A DNA stretch of 58,146 nucleotides, filler included, from Sphacelaria rigidula (GCA_964200075.2; 9 parts of 9 records of this genome joined end to end with filler, not necessarily neighbours in it); one strand, 5' to 3'; shown: positions 38,834-51,775, numbered from the whole stretch's first letter. The notes: generated by a model not told the origin, from the letters alone. A program made the numbers and translations.

Positions 38834-40185
38834 TGAATTTGGTGATTTTGAGTCGTGATGATTTGTCCTAACCGTGCAGCATTCTTACGTGAAGCACCGC
38901 TAAGTAGAACGTCACTTCCGTTGTACTACGATAAGAAAGGAACAAGGCTAGTCAGTGTGCGGTATGGAATGTGGTTACTTCATTTCAACTCTGGCAGACG
39001 TCTGTTTCGAATATCTAGCCCCACAAGTTGTTTAGATACACCATGCTGCTATCCGTCCAGCCAGGCGCTGCAGAGTGTGGAGTATGACGAATGCAGTACC
39101 ACCTGGCTTATGCCCAACACGGAGGGTGTTTCCATTGGCAGACTGCGCCCTAGATGACAAACAGCTCAGGCAGGTCATACTACTATAGCTGCCGACATAA
39201 CCTGCACGTAGTTTTCCATGCAGCGCACTCGGAGTAATTGCACGTAACAAGCACTGCCCCTTAAACCATGCTGCTCAGCGTGTTCGTCGGCACCAGCGGC
39301 AGGGCCCTAGCTTGCTTTCAAAGAAGATTTGAAAGAGTCGAGGATTGGTTGACAAGCAGCAGCACATGGAAGTGGTGTCTGCTGCAGCTGTACCACCCTG
39401 AACCTGAATTGTTGTAGATCCGACATCTCGTTTTGCATCACCACCCATCCAAGGCCTGACTGACAGCAAGCAGTGGTATCTTGGTGAGTGTTATATCTTC
39501 CCCGATAAGATGTAGCAAAGCATATGTTTTCCCGCTCGGTCCGCCCCATCCAACATGGAGGGCCTTCCTGCTACAGCGACTGTCCTGTGGTGTTAACTCT
39601 CTGTGTTGTTTTAGCCCACCCTCATCGCTCAGCCGTATTGAGGCGGAGCACTGTTACTAGGGACTAGACCGTTTCATTGAAATCGGCCTTGGTCGACCCG
39701 TGCTAGCGGTGGATAGCTCGAAAATCTGCAATGGTGCGTCTAAGTGTGTGTGTCTGTTTCGCCGCACCGGAATCAAAACGGTTAGATGTTGTCTTCCCTC
39801 ACCAAAAATGGGGGCAACAATTCACTCGTGAAACCTGATTTCCCAGCTCGTGCCAAGTGATGAGAAGCCAGAGGCGGCACGTCGTGTCCCTCAAATTTCT
39901 ATTAGTAGCTACACGAGGAGACCGTTCGTTTTCACCTTCATCTTACAAGTAGTACTACTTGTTCTTTTGGACATTTAGGCCAAATACCATCGCATATGTG
40001 CCAAGCATCACTCATCACTTGGTTGCGGTATAGTTGAGAATCCCTCCACTTTCTCCCAAGTTTCATCCTAAAGCATGAAATAGTCCCGTGTTATTGGACG
40101 AATTTCTTGGCTATTTCACATTAAAATGCTTATAGGCAAAGACGGTCAAAGAGTGACTGGTAGTCGACTGACTGACTGTTGATCT

Positions 40186-40640
40186 GATTGATTTAATTTG
40201 ATTGTCGCACTTTCAAGGACCCCCCCGGGGTCCACCCGTGGTCTCATGATAGACGTACTCAAGAAAAACGAAACTCAAACACGCTCTAAGGAAGCAAAAA
40301 AAAAAAAAGGAACAGAAACAGAAAAAAGAGAGTGGTCGAACTGAACGACATATCAGACTAAGTCGTGACAAAAAAAGTAATAAAAAGTCGACACAAGCAA
40401 AGCACAGAAAGAAATGGCCGACCTAAAGCAGAAAAAGGAAAACAAGAGGAGAGTACAAAGCAAAGCAAATAAAATAAAATAAAAAACAATGAAACGATGG
40501 GGGGGGAAAAAAAGGGCCTGAGGGATTCATGGCAGCAAAGTAGACACAGACACACACCAGTGGGCACCGTGGAGCCACCGACTAAGGACATAATCAACAA
40601 CCGATATGAGCGGACAGGATTTTCCGACTGGCAGCCCTCG
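40186..40640 (-). mobile_element. Family E copy
   Basis: Collinear with 49728-50135 (ggcaccgtggagccaccgac, taatcaacaacc, gacaggatt). Confidence 0.75.
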
Positions 40641-41084
40641 ACGTAGCAGCCTCTCGCTTGTGACGTCGGTCTGATTCTCCCGTGTCCGCGCGTCGCCACT
40701 TGTCCTCAAACTATTGCGCCCCCTTTTCGACTCCAGTATGCCATTTGCCCAGGTCCTTCGCCGTAGTTACCCAATCGTATGCATCGTTATAAGCATGATA
40801 TAAGCAGGAGGACGTGAATAGCAAACAAGATTCGACGAGGATTGTGAGCCGCAGGCGTGCCGATCCTATCCTCAAAAACAATGTCAGGCAGGGTATCGAG
40901 AGACAGATGGGTTCATTTGTTCATTTATTGCGGCTATTGTGCAGGTGGTCTCACACCGTGCAATCATACTGCCAAAAATGGCAGTCCAGATATCGAACTA
41001 AATATAAACATATTCAGTACTTGACCTGGTATCCTGCCCCCTCCCGCCCGCCCACCCGCCCGCGCGCGCCGACGGCATCAGTAG

Positions 41085-41398
41085 GCGTTCGGAGAGCGGT
41101 GAGTAAGCCAATTCGGATTATCCGCTCCACCTCCGTGCCTGGACAGCTCCAGGACAAAACACAAACGTCCCCGGTTGTGCCGGGCGTGGGGGGGAGCAGC
41201 GGCGGTAATTCTAGAAGAACTTTACATGCGCACGCTGACAGGGCGTTGCAGTACGACCTTGGATTTGGCGCGGCGGGTGGGGGGGGCTACGGGGGTATCG
41301 CGCACTCCTTGCCAATTCCACAAGCGCCGCTGCTTGCTGGCTCTCTGCCACCTCCTTCTCGTTTTGATGATTTACCACCGCTCAGCCTCGGACCACAG
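41085..41398 (+). CDS. Hypothetical low-complexity protein, exon (start 41082 or 41085, tandem CAGTAG acceptor)
   Basis: Ends CAG|gtgagc; VSKPIRIIRSTSVPGQLQ...SLPIPQAPLLAGSLPPPSRF. Confidence 0.6.
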
Positions 41399-41847
41399 GT
41401 GAGCGCGTGAAACACATGTTGACTTTTCGTCTCTGGGCTTTCTCTTGGAAATATTCGACGTACTGAGTAGGCGCTGTTTTTCTGGTGTTTATGCCTTCAA
41501 ACACCTTACGTTTCGTGATTCAGCGTCCTGAGGCAGTGCACGATGGTCTGCAGCGTGGTCTTGGCTCCAGGAACTTTTGGAATATACGCACATGTATATA
41601 ATATATTTGCTGTGCAGGCCAGTGCACCGCGAACTAGACGAAAGGGCGGCATACGTCTCTTCATACGTTGCTTACGGGGTTTGATCGCATATTGTACGTT
41701 CCACTGCAGATGAGCGTGGCATTGGGACACGCGACCGGTTGTTATTGTGGCTTTCATGTGTGGGCATGGTGAGTAGTCAATTTGGGTGTTTCGTTCGTGC
41801 CCACCCCGTTTTCACCCGACTCTCTTGTGATCCACATTTATCCTCAG

Positions 41848-41916
41848 GCGAATGCTGAATTTTCCGCGGATTGCGGCTCGCTGTCGGCGTCGTTGAAGGC
41901 GAAAAGCCGTGTACAG
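41848..41916 (+). CDS. Same hypothetical gene, exon
   Basis: tcctcag|GCG...CAG|gtgggt, 69 bp, phase 0; ANAEFSADCGSLSASLKAKSRVQ. Confidence 0.55.
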
Positions 41917-42075
41917 GTGGGTGTTGTGTCGTGTTGGGTTGCGCCAGTGCGAATCTATCCCGTCGGCGATCTCAGGCAGCTAACGCCACACCATTGAGCA
42001 GACAGAAACCTAGGACCGAAATGGATCTGTAGGAAAGCTAGCCCAAATCTGTGGTGAGACTTATTTTCACTGCAG

Positions 42076-42136
42076 GTGGCGCGCGGGGCGTCTGTTTATA
42101 CAACCAAGAGCATTTACGAACGATTAATCAGCTCTG
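42076..42136 (+). CDS. Same hypothetical gene, tentative exon
   Basis: ctgcag|GTG...G|gtgtac; restores phase 1 for the next exon; donor is weak. Confidence 0.35.
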
Positions 42137-42365
42137 GTGTACATCACTTGCTCGATCGGTGTACGGTAGAGCTCCCGTGTCGGCTGCCTATTTTTTTCTC
42201 GCTACCAACGCCAACAACCATATATCTGATTATCAACCGCCTTTCACATGTTTTCCAACTCTTCGGTCCATGGGAATACGGTCTTGCTCTCCCTTCCTTG
42301 GGAAAAAAAAAAGTTCGCGACCTCCTGCCCGGCAAACCTCGGCGGACACTTCGGACGTCCACCAG

Positions 42366-42655
42366 GTTCAAAGCTTACGCCGTCGATGGGCGTTCTCGAC
42401 GAAGGCCACTTGAGTGAAGAAGAAGAAACCGAAATAGATGAGCAGTCTCCAGGACCGAAAAGTATGACTGCGCTGTCTCTGTTGGAGTCTTTGGCGGAGA
42501 AAGCTGCTGAGGCGACTGCGAAACGCGATGTTGAAGAGGTTGTGGGTGCTGACAATGATGACAACGATGACAACGAATCGCTCGCGTCGTCACAGAACAG
42601 CAGCGATGGGTTGCCTATTCAGGACGACGTTTTCGAATTGGAAGAATTGGAGGAG
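42366..42655 (+). CDS. Same hypothetical gene, acidic exon
   Basis: ccag|GT TCA...GAG|gtgagc; MGVLDEGHLSEEEE...PIQDDVFELEELEE. Confidence 0.6.
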
Positions 42656-43156
42656 GTGAGCGCGCCGCAGCACAAGCGGTCGAACTGCGGAAGTGAACTC
42701 TCACCGCCTCGCTGATGTTGTTGGTGTCACTCCGTGTGGATAGGCCCGAGAAAGAATCACACAAAGAGGGCTAGTGAGGCATGTAAATGTTGATTCGTTT
42801 TTCGCAGCATTTTCCGTATAATCGAAACATGCTTCATGCAGATTGACTTGGTCGTGTCGTGAGAGTTTCTCATGTCGGGTATCTCGGGTATCTCGGATAG
42901 GGTGTTGTGCTGTCGCCCTCGTTTTTTGGAATGGCCTATCAGAGAGAACGTCGGCGCCGGCGAAAGTCGTTTCCTATGCCAAGACGAAATAGTATTTTTC
43001 CGTGCGACGAGGTACAGCATACAGCATGGGCATACTTCCATATCCTTATACTGTCCACGATCGAACGCTATGTGTCACGTGGCGAGACGTGCGTTTGCCA
43101 TGAACTCAATACCATCCATGTTGCCCAATGTTCCTGTCGTGTTCTGTTGTTCGCAG

Positions 43157-43204
43157 GTTAGCGGGCATATGGAAGCCCTTTCTCTAGGTGAGGCGGGACA
43201 CTAG
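43157..43204 (+). CDS. Same hypothetical gene, probable terminal exon
   Basis: tcgcag|GTT; VSGHMEALSLGEAGH*. Confidence 0.4.
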   Translation, partial: VSGHMEALSLGEAGH

Positions 43205-44291
43205 TATGAGAGCCTGGAGCAGGCTGTTCCTTCACCAACTTCACACTAATTTTAGTTACAATTGGGACGTACGTGACGACTTGTCACGATGAGGCACTAT
43301 AGTCTGCGCTTCCTTGCGGCGCAGCGCCTCTCCTGTATCAGACGTAGAGAAAAAAACGTGCTCTGGTTTTTTGTCAAATCGAGATCGGCCGCCTTTTTTT
43401 AAGGCAACACTCTACGAATCGTGTTTTGTCGTGCTCCTTCGGCCGCCCGCTATGGTGGGCTAGGGAGCATAGCCTGTAGGTAGTGGTGCGTGCGACCATT
43501 GTATCCCGAAAATAGGCGTGGTAAAGGTTTATGGTGTTGTTTTGTGGTGAGCGTTGTTGTCGTGACGGGTGTCTTTTCTTGTGTGTTTTTTATCTACTTG
43601 AGAGTCGAATAAAGGCGCAGCCGAAACGGCGCAGCAGCCCCTTAGCCCATGAGTAAATGAAGAATAGCCTAGTTGTGGTGTAGGGTCCTCGAGTTGGAAC
43701 CCAAGTTGGACCACGTATGACGCGATGGGCCTCGTTTAATTAGATACAAGGTTGGTTGGTTTTGGTGGAAAGTACCGGGGACCCTGCACCGTTTCCAGCT
43801 TCTGAACAGAAGCCTGTGCACTGGAGTGACCTTATGTGGATTGGACGGGGATTGATTATATACATGGCACATAAATTCTGCGTATTATTTGAGTACGTCT
43901 AGTGGGCTGTGACGGGGTTACTTTCCTAATTTTACATATGTTGAATGTATTGATATGTAGACATTTTTTTCAGGGGACCGTGCCACGGCTGGTGAACGAG
44001 AGATTATAGTAAAACGACGGATAAATTCAGTATCTTTTATAGGTTTGGCGAGATAGACCTGAAATTTGTGAACCGGCAGGCGAGGTGGAAAATCGAGCAT
44101 GAGCAGGATGAGAGAGAAAAAAGTACTTGGCGATGGTGCCACGGCTAGGGTTTTAGTGGTTGCAAATCAGTGACGGCGTCGTCCCTTCCGCCAGCGTGCT
44201 GTATGAGTTTCTAGCTTGTGGTTATGGAATCGTAACTTTTTTGTATAATGCTGACCCCTGACATTTTCGCGCGTTCGTAAAAGGAATAATA

Positions 44292-44497
44292 CAAGGGTGT
44301 GTTGGGCTCTGAGTAAATACCCGGGTGTTTACTCTCCCGAATTTTGTGTTGCGATGATCCGATCTCCGAACTGTACCCGAGTATGAAATAATGCGTAAAG
44401 CTAAATAGGTACGATCGCATTACTCTACCCAAAATCTGGGTGCTAGGTGCACCAAAAAAAAGGAGGAAATACCCTACCCAACACTTGTACACCCTTG
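44292..44497. mobile_element. Short family D-related MITE
   Basis: TIR caagggtgt / acacccttg; flanks gaataata / gaatgatg (6/8); contains aaatacccgggt and ctctacccaaaat motifs. Confidence 0.65.
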
Positions 44498-44713
44498 GAA
44501 TGATGCCAAAATGAGATGGACGAGTATTGGAGCGAAACCGTTGTCCTTGGTGCGGAGCCTCGGCGCACGAGCAAGCAACATTTCCACCGAAGCCCTGCAT
44601 ATTTGTTCACAAATGGTGAAGATGCGGTTGAAATACACGGAAACTCAACAAAAGTGAGCACGCCGATACGCCGCAACATGGAGGGCCATGTATGTATGCA
44701 TTTGTCATGTAAC

Positions 44714-45000
44714 AGCCGGTTGGCCCGATGGTGGCTCAGTTGGTCCGCTCGAAACCTCGTGACGGTAGAGATGTGGCCTCGAATCTCGGACATCTCACAC
44801 GATCTTCAATTATTTCCCCATATCATGCCCAAAAACTATGGAGAGTGACTGCTGAACCCTTCTCGCGATTAAAACAAAGGCGAACGCCGCAAAAGAAATG
44901 AGGGATACTAGAGTAAACTGATGAAAAAACGCCTGTGTGATCCCGGCTGATGCGCCCACATACATACACCGAATGGTGTCGAAGACTGGCGTGCAGAATA
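44714..45000 (+). mobile_element. SINE family 1, diverged copy
   Basis: ggtggctcagttgg head; gctgaacccttctcgcgat body; gactggcgtgcagaata 3' end. Confidence 0.7.
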
Positions 45001-45141
45001 CTACCTCTGTCCCACAAGATGAGCCCGTGGTGAAATATTGCGATAATGTGCGCAATACAGTTGTTTTCGACATACGGACTTCAAACATATCTTCCACATA
45101 TGGTTGCCATCATGTAACAAAAAAAAGTAGCCCCATGGGAC

Positions 45142-45204
45142 CGGTCGCCCCGGTGGCTCAGTTGGTAACTTCGTAACCTTCTGATGGTTGAGTAGGGGGG
45201 TTCG
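45142..45204 (+). mobile_element. SINE family 1 head cut by scaffold end
   Basis: ccggtcgccccggtggctcagttggtaac...ggttcg. Confidence 0.8.
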
Positions 45205-45304
45205 NNNNNNNNNNNNNNNNNNNNNNNNNNNNNNNNNNNNNNNNNNNNTTAATTAATTAANNNNNNNNNNNNNNNNNNNNNNNNNNNNNNNNNNNNNNNN
45301 NNNN
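45205..45304. other. Artificial scaffold linker
   Basis: N44-TTAATTAATTAA-N44. Confidence 0.97.
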
Positions 45305-45759
45305 CTGTTCGCCGGCCCCGCGGTGCTGCGCGGGTTCGTGGGTGGGGGCGGGGGGGGGGGGGGGGGGGGGGGGGTGGGGGGGTAGTTGTTTGGTCGAGAG
45401 GGTGCTCGCGTGAAAACCATCGTTTTCACGTTGCCACGCGTGTTCGCCGCGTCACACCATAGTGACTCGTGCTGAAGTCATGACCCGCACAGATGATAGT
45501 GCCAACAGCTCGTATGGCCATCCATGTCCCAAGCTGTCAGTACGCACGCCTGCAAGATGAATAAACACGAAAACCAGTGCAGCCCCCTTGAAAGGGTAAG
45601 TATGAGAGCAGCAAAGCGCACAGGGTTAAAATTAAAGTCTCGTGACGGACGGGGTGGTAAAGTCACAGCAGAACTCGTCCCAGAAAATAACGTGAATACC
45701 CCGCTTCCTCAACTACGGCAGAAAGGCTGCTACGCGTGCATTGGCTGAGAGGTACTTTC

Positions 45760-47721
45760 CAAGGGCAGGTCGGGTTGGGTATGTACTGTTGAAAACTCGG
45801 TTAAAATACCCGGGTATTTACTCTACCCAAGGTTTGGGTAGATTGCGTACGGCCTCAAGTACTCGACCCAAATTTTGAGCAGATTGGGTACGACCTTGAA
45901 TACTCGACCCAAATACTGGGTAAGTATCCTCGGCGAAACCTAGTAATGGGGTATCACTTGTGTTTGACCTCAATACTCGTATCCAAATTTTGGGTAGACT
46001 GAATACGACCTCAAATACTTCGCCCAAATTTCCGCTAGATCGAGTACAACCTCGAATACTCTTCCTAAATTTTGGGTAGATTGGGTAGGACCTCACACTT
46101 GACCCAAATATTGGGTAAGCTCTCTCAGCAATACCTGGGTATAGAATATCAGTCAGGTATGATCTCAAGGATCTACCCACAATTTGGGTGTGTTTGGTTG
46201 TGTGTATGTTGTCATCCCATCCATTCTGGGCGCCGGCCTACACCTTCCGGTAAATGTGGTAGCACCAGCCGGGGTCAAACAAGAGGAAGGCCAACACAGG
46301 AAGGTTTTCCGTTGTTTGTTTTAGTTCTCCACCTTCCCTCTGCGGTGCTTGCCTTTATTTTTTATCGCGAGAGGGGTTCAGCAGTCCCTTTCCCTCGTCG
46401 ACCTTTAAGTCGAATTTTGTGTATCCACGACATAGTCGTTTTCTACTATTGGTTATTGTATGAGAAAAAATCCCAGATCACTCAGAGATTTGAACCAATG
46501 ACCCAATCGTCAGAGGATTTCGAGGTTACCAACTGAGCCACCGGGGCGACCGGCGTCAGGTACGACCTAAAATACTCTACCCAATTTTTGGGTGGTTTGG
46601 GTACGATTTCAGCACGTCACCCAAATATTGGGTAGGCGGTGTCTTCGCATATCATTTTTCAATCCTTGAAAAAGTGCGGTGAAATGGATTTGAGCGAATT
46701 TGTTCATTTATCGCGAGTTGAATCCAAGCAAATTTGAAAGCTTTCGATTGAGAAAAGACAGTGAAACTCGTGAAGCGGCACTTGTTCGCTTGTCTACTGT
46801 ACAGTACTGCACTCACTGCCTGCGCTGTATGCACGTAGTGTACCTGAGCGTGTGTGTGTGCGTGTTTCGCACAGTAGGATGTGAAAGAAAAGGGGAGCAA
46901 CGTGCAGTGCAGACAGCGCAGGACTATCTGTACTCTATGCTCACAAGGCAACGTGAAAAGGACTTGGACAACGTGCAGCTTTGTACTGCCTGCACTGTCG
47001 ATGAGTGTACGCAAGCTGATCGTCCACCCTACCACGCAGTTCCGTCGCCGATCCCCACCATGAAAGAAGATGCTGAAGTTCTCGCCGACGAAAATAAACA
47101 CATCATACCCAACTACTGCAGTGTGTATATATATATATATGTGTGTGTGCCCAACTCGTGCTCTATGCGACAGGGTTGCGGTGGTAGCTGAGAAAAGTTT
47201 TGTGGGGTTTGCATGGTTCTATGAACGGGTGGTATATGGCATGGTGGCCTGCAAGATTAAAGTCAAGTGCCCCGTCGTACCTTTTCTCCGCATGTATTCG
47301 ATCGAAAAAGCCAAGGGCAGCTCGAGCAGGGTATATACTTTCGAACCCTCGGGTAAAATACCCGGGTACTTACTCCACCCAAAGTTTGGGTAGAGTGGGT
47401 ACGGCCTCATATACTCCCCCCCAAATTTTGGGTAGATTAGGTGCGACCCCCAAATACTCCACCAAATACTGGGTAAGTACCCTCAGCGATACCGAAGGAT
47501 AAAGTATCACTTGGGTACAATCTCAATACTCTACCCAACTTTTGGGTACATTGGGTACGACTAGCCAAAACCTGAGTGTGTTGGGTATGACCTCAAATAC
47601 TCTAGCCAATTTTTGGGTAGTTCGGGTTCAATTTTAATGATCTATCCAAATGTTTGAGTACTACGAGTATGGATTTTAAAAAATGCCGAGGACTGTGTAC
47701 ACCCTACCCGACCTGCCCTTG
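45760..47721. mobile_element. Family D TIR element(s) built of 41-bp palindromic repeats, with nested SINE and a second left end at 47312
   Basis: TIR caagggcaggtcgggt(t/a)gggt at both ends; units such as ctcgacccaaattttgagcagattgggtacgaccttgaata; flanks gtactttc / atatttgc (5/8). Confidence 0.75.
46188..46554 (-). mobile_element. tRNA-derived SINE, family 1, full length, nested in family D element
   Basis: Head gccggtcgccccggTGGCTCAGTTGG (A box)...GGTTCAAATC (B box); body shared with other copies in the window; CA-rich tail. Confidence 0.85.
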
Positions 47722-49183
47722 ATATTTGCGTATAATTTCTGCTAGTCGCTCATGTCAATTTGGCGTCCATGTTGTTGCTGTTGTTGTTGTCTTCACAAAA
47801 AAAAGCGTTCCGATTTCTGCGCGGTACATCCGTACTGGGCATGTGATGCCGTCTACGCCTTCGAAAACCATTGGTGTTCAATTAGTGAATTCCGGTTCCG
47901 TTGGTCCTCGGCGATGCCGCACTTCATATTTTACGACGAGCCACGCAGTTTCTTCGTGGTTTTTCTCTTTTCTGAGCGTGCCTTGTTGCTGAGATCAAAA
48001 AGAAGTTGAAACCATGCTGTCGAACCAAAATCGCATACCATGAACCAGACCGTTGCTGACCCCCGTGGTCGTGGGAAGCGTGAGCAGTCGTCGGACGACG
48101 GGTGTGGTGTGGATATGTTGCGGTTCGCTCTCGCTTCGTGTGCGGCACATGACACATGTTCCTACACGCGCAAAGTTTCCTTGTAATAGCGATCGTGTCC
48201 AGATGGATGTGAGTCCGTCCGAGCACAGGTTGGTGGATGAGCTGAAGAGAGTAGTACTCCTAGTAGCAAACGATACATATTTTCAAGTACTTTTTTTTGC
48301 TGTCACTAGGTTTTAAGGCTGTGTCGTGGGGGAACAAACAAAAAGCCCATGATGATATTTTCGCATTGCGATTGATCGTCACGATACCCTCTCCGTAGAG
48401 AGAAAACAAGAAGATAATCATCGCAGATGGCGTATAAACAAGCTTGACAGACCTATGACACAACTGCCCACGAACCTCTGAGACCCACTGTCCCCAGATC
48501 CACAAAGCAGAGCTCGAGCCATGGCTGTCGATCCGCCAAGTGCAATGCCCGTAGTATGGATCTAGTGCGTTCCAATTTGCCGGAGAGACGAACGTGTCAG
48601 ACGCGTCTCAAATGCAACGCGTGTAAACCGCAAACTACTTTCCTAGGAACTTTTGAAGCAAACGCACGGTCGCACCTCCTCCAACACTGATTGGATTCCC
48701 GTGGGACAAGGACAGCAGCGCGTAAATGCTCAAGAGCCAGCGACAAACCTGAGCGCCTGTACAGCGGGTGTCTGGTGTGTGTGTTTTCCACGGTGCGGTT
48801 AGTTTGGGCCTTTGCTCTCGTCGCGTTTTTGTGCCCCTTCACTGACTGGTCGAACAAAAGACCGGTGGGTAAACAGCAACGACCACTCCTGTAATCTTTG
48901 AGCAGTGGTGGGAGAGATTTGTGTTTCGAGACGGGTCGAAACACTTGCCGTTGTGGGCGAGAGATCGCCACAGAATCCTGATCTTGCATCGCGTTCTTCC
49001 CGCCCCGGAGAAGGATATGGTCCAAACGCTGCAGCGTCGTGAACGTGCGTGACACCACGGAGGTCTTCCCTGTCGAATGCTAGCAGTAACGTCAATTTCT
49101 CCGTCACATACTGTGAAAAGAAAGATAATACAAGGGCGTTTTTTTTTCCCCTACGTTGCCGTGCTTTATTATTTTTGCTTCAG

Positions 49184-49330
49184 GTGAAAGAGATATTGGT
49201 GGAGGAGAATAATGTCCAACTGGTGCGATCTCCGGTGACGATATGCGGGGATATTCACGGACAATTTTTTGACCTGTTGGCTCTCCTGTCGATGGGAGGG
49301 AAGGTGCCAGACACAAGTTATATTTTTATG
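49184..49330 (+). CDS. PPP6C: PPP-family Ser/Thr phosphatase catalytic subunit exon, PP6/Sit4/FyPP-like
   Basis: ttcag|GTG...ATG|gtgagc, 147 bp; [32 protein letters not shown]...[17 protein letters not shown] motif; VKEIL and YIFM favour PP6 over PP4/PP2A. Confidence 0.85.
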
Positions 49331-49452
49331 GTGAGCCGATCCATGGACCGAGCAACGCGAACGTGTGCGACCTGAGAACACGGCAGTCAAAACGCGTGTG
49401 TGGCTTACATTGCCCTGTTGGACTATCAGAATTTTCTACATCCATGCCATCG

Positions 49453-49725
49453 CGCCGCGGTGGTGTTATGGTCCGATTATCACCGTCAGGATGCAGAGAA
49501 TGTGGGTTCGAGCTTCTGAAGGCGTTGGGTAATTTGTTCGAAGTATCTAATTTTCGCCGTGGAAAGCGTGAGAGCGTGAGTAAACACAAAGTCGTAAACT
49601 GAGATTGTTTGACCAGAGTTGACGCGGTGCGGAGGTGCTGACCCAATCCTCGAGACCAAAATACAAGGCGTGCGCCGGGGAGATCGTGATTGGTCCTCTG
49701 AGACCACCGACTCGTCCCGAGGAAG
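49453..49725 (+). mobile_element. tRNA-derived SINE, family 2
   Basis: ggtggtgttatgg A-box-like and ggttcgagc B-box-like; body homologous to the reverse complement of 57181-57447. Confidence 0.7.
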
Positions 49726-49726
49726 C

Positions 49727-49727
<1 letters not shown>

Positions 49728-49758
<31 letters not shown>

Positions 49759-49958
49759 CGCACTTTAAGTGACCCCCCAGGGATTCAACCGTGGTCACAA
49801 GATAAATGTCCTCAAGAAAAAGGAAACCTGGAACACTCGCTGAAGAAAAAGGAGGAACATAAAGAGTCGAACAGATAGACTAAGACGTGGAAAAAAAGGG
49901 GGGATAAAAAGTCAACAAAAGCAAAGTACAGAAACAAATGGTCGATCTAAAACTAAAA

Positions 49959-50006
<48 letters not shown>

Positions 50007-50135
50007 AATATACGAAGCCCAAAGGATTCAGGGCAGCAGAGTAGATACACAAACACCGTTGGCACCGTAGAGCCACCGACGTAAGACGTAATCAACAACC
50101 TACATGAGCAGACAGGATTCTTCGACTGGCGGTTA
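49728..50135 (-). mobile_element. Non-LTR retroelement 3' end with (AATC)n tail, family E
   Basis: (gatt)n-gtcgcactttaa..gaccccc; homologous to 40186-40640, 51411-51538 and 16583-16730; contains (GA)n at about 49963-50000. Confidence 0.75.
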
Positions 50136-51155
50136 GGTGGGGGGTCGGAAGTGTGACAAAAATAATGAAATGACCAGTCTTGGAAGTGGCCATGGCCTAT
50201 GTCGTTACGATGTGTTGTTCTTGCGGTAAGAATTATCAATTTTTGCTAGTCGCAAAAGTAGTCGTAGAAGGTGGTCACGGCGGTTACGCCGTGTCTCATT
50301 TCAACCCTTTTAGCACTGGCCATGAAAAGGTGTGGATTCCGATTCGAGGTGCTGTTTTTCGAACGACATATTGTTGAGTTTTTGTAGCTTTCACCCAAAA
50401 CTATTGGCCCTATGGCGTGTTTTTCAGTCTCGCGAAAAATTGTCCCAGTGAAGCACGGGACGCAGTATATATATATATATATATATATTGGACAGGTGGT
50501 GCCGATGTTTGGTTTGTGTAGAGTTCAGGTACGCAAGTGCTAATTTTGGCTGTGTGCACAAAGTTGAACACACTTGACCCGTTGCGTCCCCTCATTGGAC
50601 AACACTAAATCCGACCGCACCGGGGTGACAGTTTTGGTGCGCGCATGACGCACACCGGTGGCCATGGTTGTCATCGGTACTTTTTTATTCACATCTTTTC
50701 TTCTTAGGGCTTGAAATATTGAGGCATCTGGTGCGGCGGCGGAAGGGGAGGGTTCCTACAGGGTTGAGGGCCTGCGTGTGTGTACCGACGCGTGTCTGAG
50801 CCGGTCTCACGGCGCGCGCCCCCAAGATGCGTGTACTACCTTGGAGCAGTCGAGGCTTGCTACGAAAATTTGCTTGAAATCTCTCTGTGCTGAGTTAGTT
50901 GTACATCAAACGAGCTTCGACCACACGTGTGTGCGCGTGCAACAACTGTACGCGTATGTTGATGGTGTGGTTATATCATGGTCATGGGCCACCTGACCGC
51001 TCTCGGTAGCAGTGCGCTATCACGTAAGCTACACGATGAGCACGCTACAACCGCTGTGCGACTAGTCGAAGCAGTCAAGTGGCAACAGTTTTTCATCTGC
51101 AAACACTGTATGTAGACCCTGGGTTAAAGTCGCCACGCAAACCGCCTCGTGCCTA

Positions 51156-51390
51156 ATTTTTTTTTTTGTCTTTGAAGGAAGGAGGAAACCTCACCCAACA
51201 CTTACCAAGTGGGTTGGTGTGCCGATTACCCCGAGGCTCGGCTACACTGCCTCGCGGCAGCCATGTGGGGCAGGCGCCTCGAGCGTTCGCAAGCTCTTCC
51301 CGAAGCAGTGTGGGGGTCCGACCCACTAGAACCCCCCGTCAACTTGGAGCAGTGCACACGTCGTCCTACTCTTGAGAGCTTCAGTCCCTG
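51156..51390 (-). mobile_element. Poly(A)-tailed retroposon 3' end, family G
   Basis: Poly-T then ttgaaggaaggaggaaacctcacccaacac; homologues at 54320-54825 and 9870-9940 (+). Confidence 0.65.
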
Positions 51391-51410
51391 CCTCGTGCCT
51401 ACTGGATATT

Positions 51411-51538
51411 TGATTGATTGATGGATCGATTGTCGCACTTTAACTGACCCCCCAGGGGTCCGGTCGTGGTCTCGTGATAGGTGTACCCAAGAAGAACAAA
51501 ACTGAAACACTCGCTGAAGAAAAAAGGAGAAAGAGTCA
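51411..51538 (-). mobile_element. Family E, 5'-truncated copy
   Basis: (gatt)n-gtcgcactttaactgaccccccagggg. Confidence 0.75.
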
Positions 51539-51675
51539 TCCTACGATACGAGGGGGGGGGTGTTTTGGGCCATTTGTTGCTCGAAATTTCGAGTCAGATC
51601 GTTGAAAGCAGCAACGGTTAATCGAACAAGCTTGTTGTGGATCAATAACGCTCATCCATACTGCCTGACACTGTT

Positions 51676-51775
51676 NNNNNNNNNNNNNNNNNNNNNNNNN
51701 NNNNNNNNNNNNNNNNNNNTTAATTAATTAANNNNNNNNNNNNNNNNNNNNNNNNNNNNNNNNNNNNNNNNNNNN
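51676..51775. other. Artificial scaffold linker
   Basis: N44-TTAATTAATTAA-N44. Confidence 0.97.

Noticed and set aside
46480..46554. tRNA genes here and at 45142, 44714, 49453 and 57370-57447
   Set aside because: A and B boxes are present but I could not build an intact cloverleaf, and each continues into a multi-copy body or a scaffold break; they are SINE heads.
45820..47660. Regularly spaced palindromic repeats resembling a CRISPR array (also 53740-53930)
   Set aside because: Units are contiguous and degenerate with no unique spacers, no cas genes, a eukaryotic context and flanking TIRs.
28546..49330. Phosphatase gene cluster (PP2C plus PP6)
   Set aside because: The exons are on different scaffolds joined only by length sorting.
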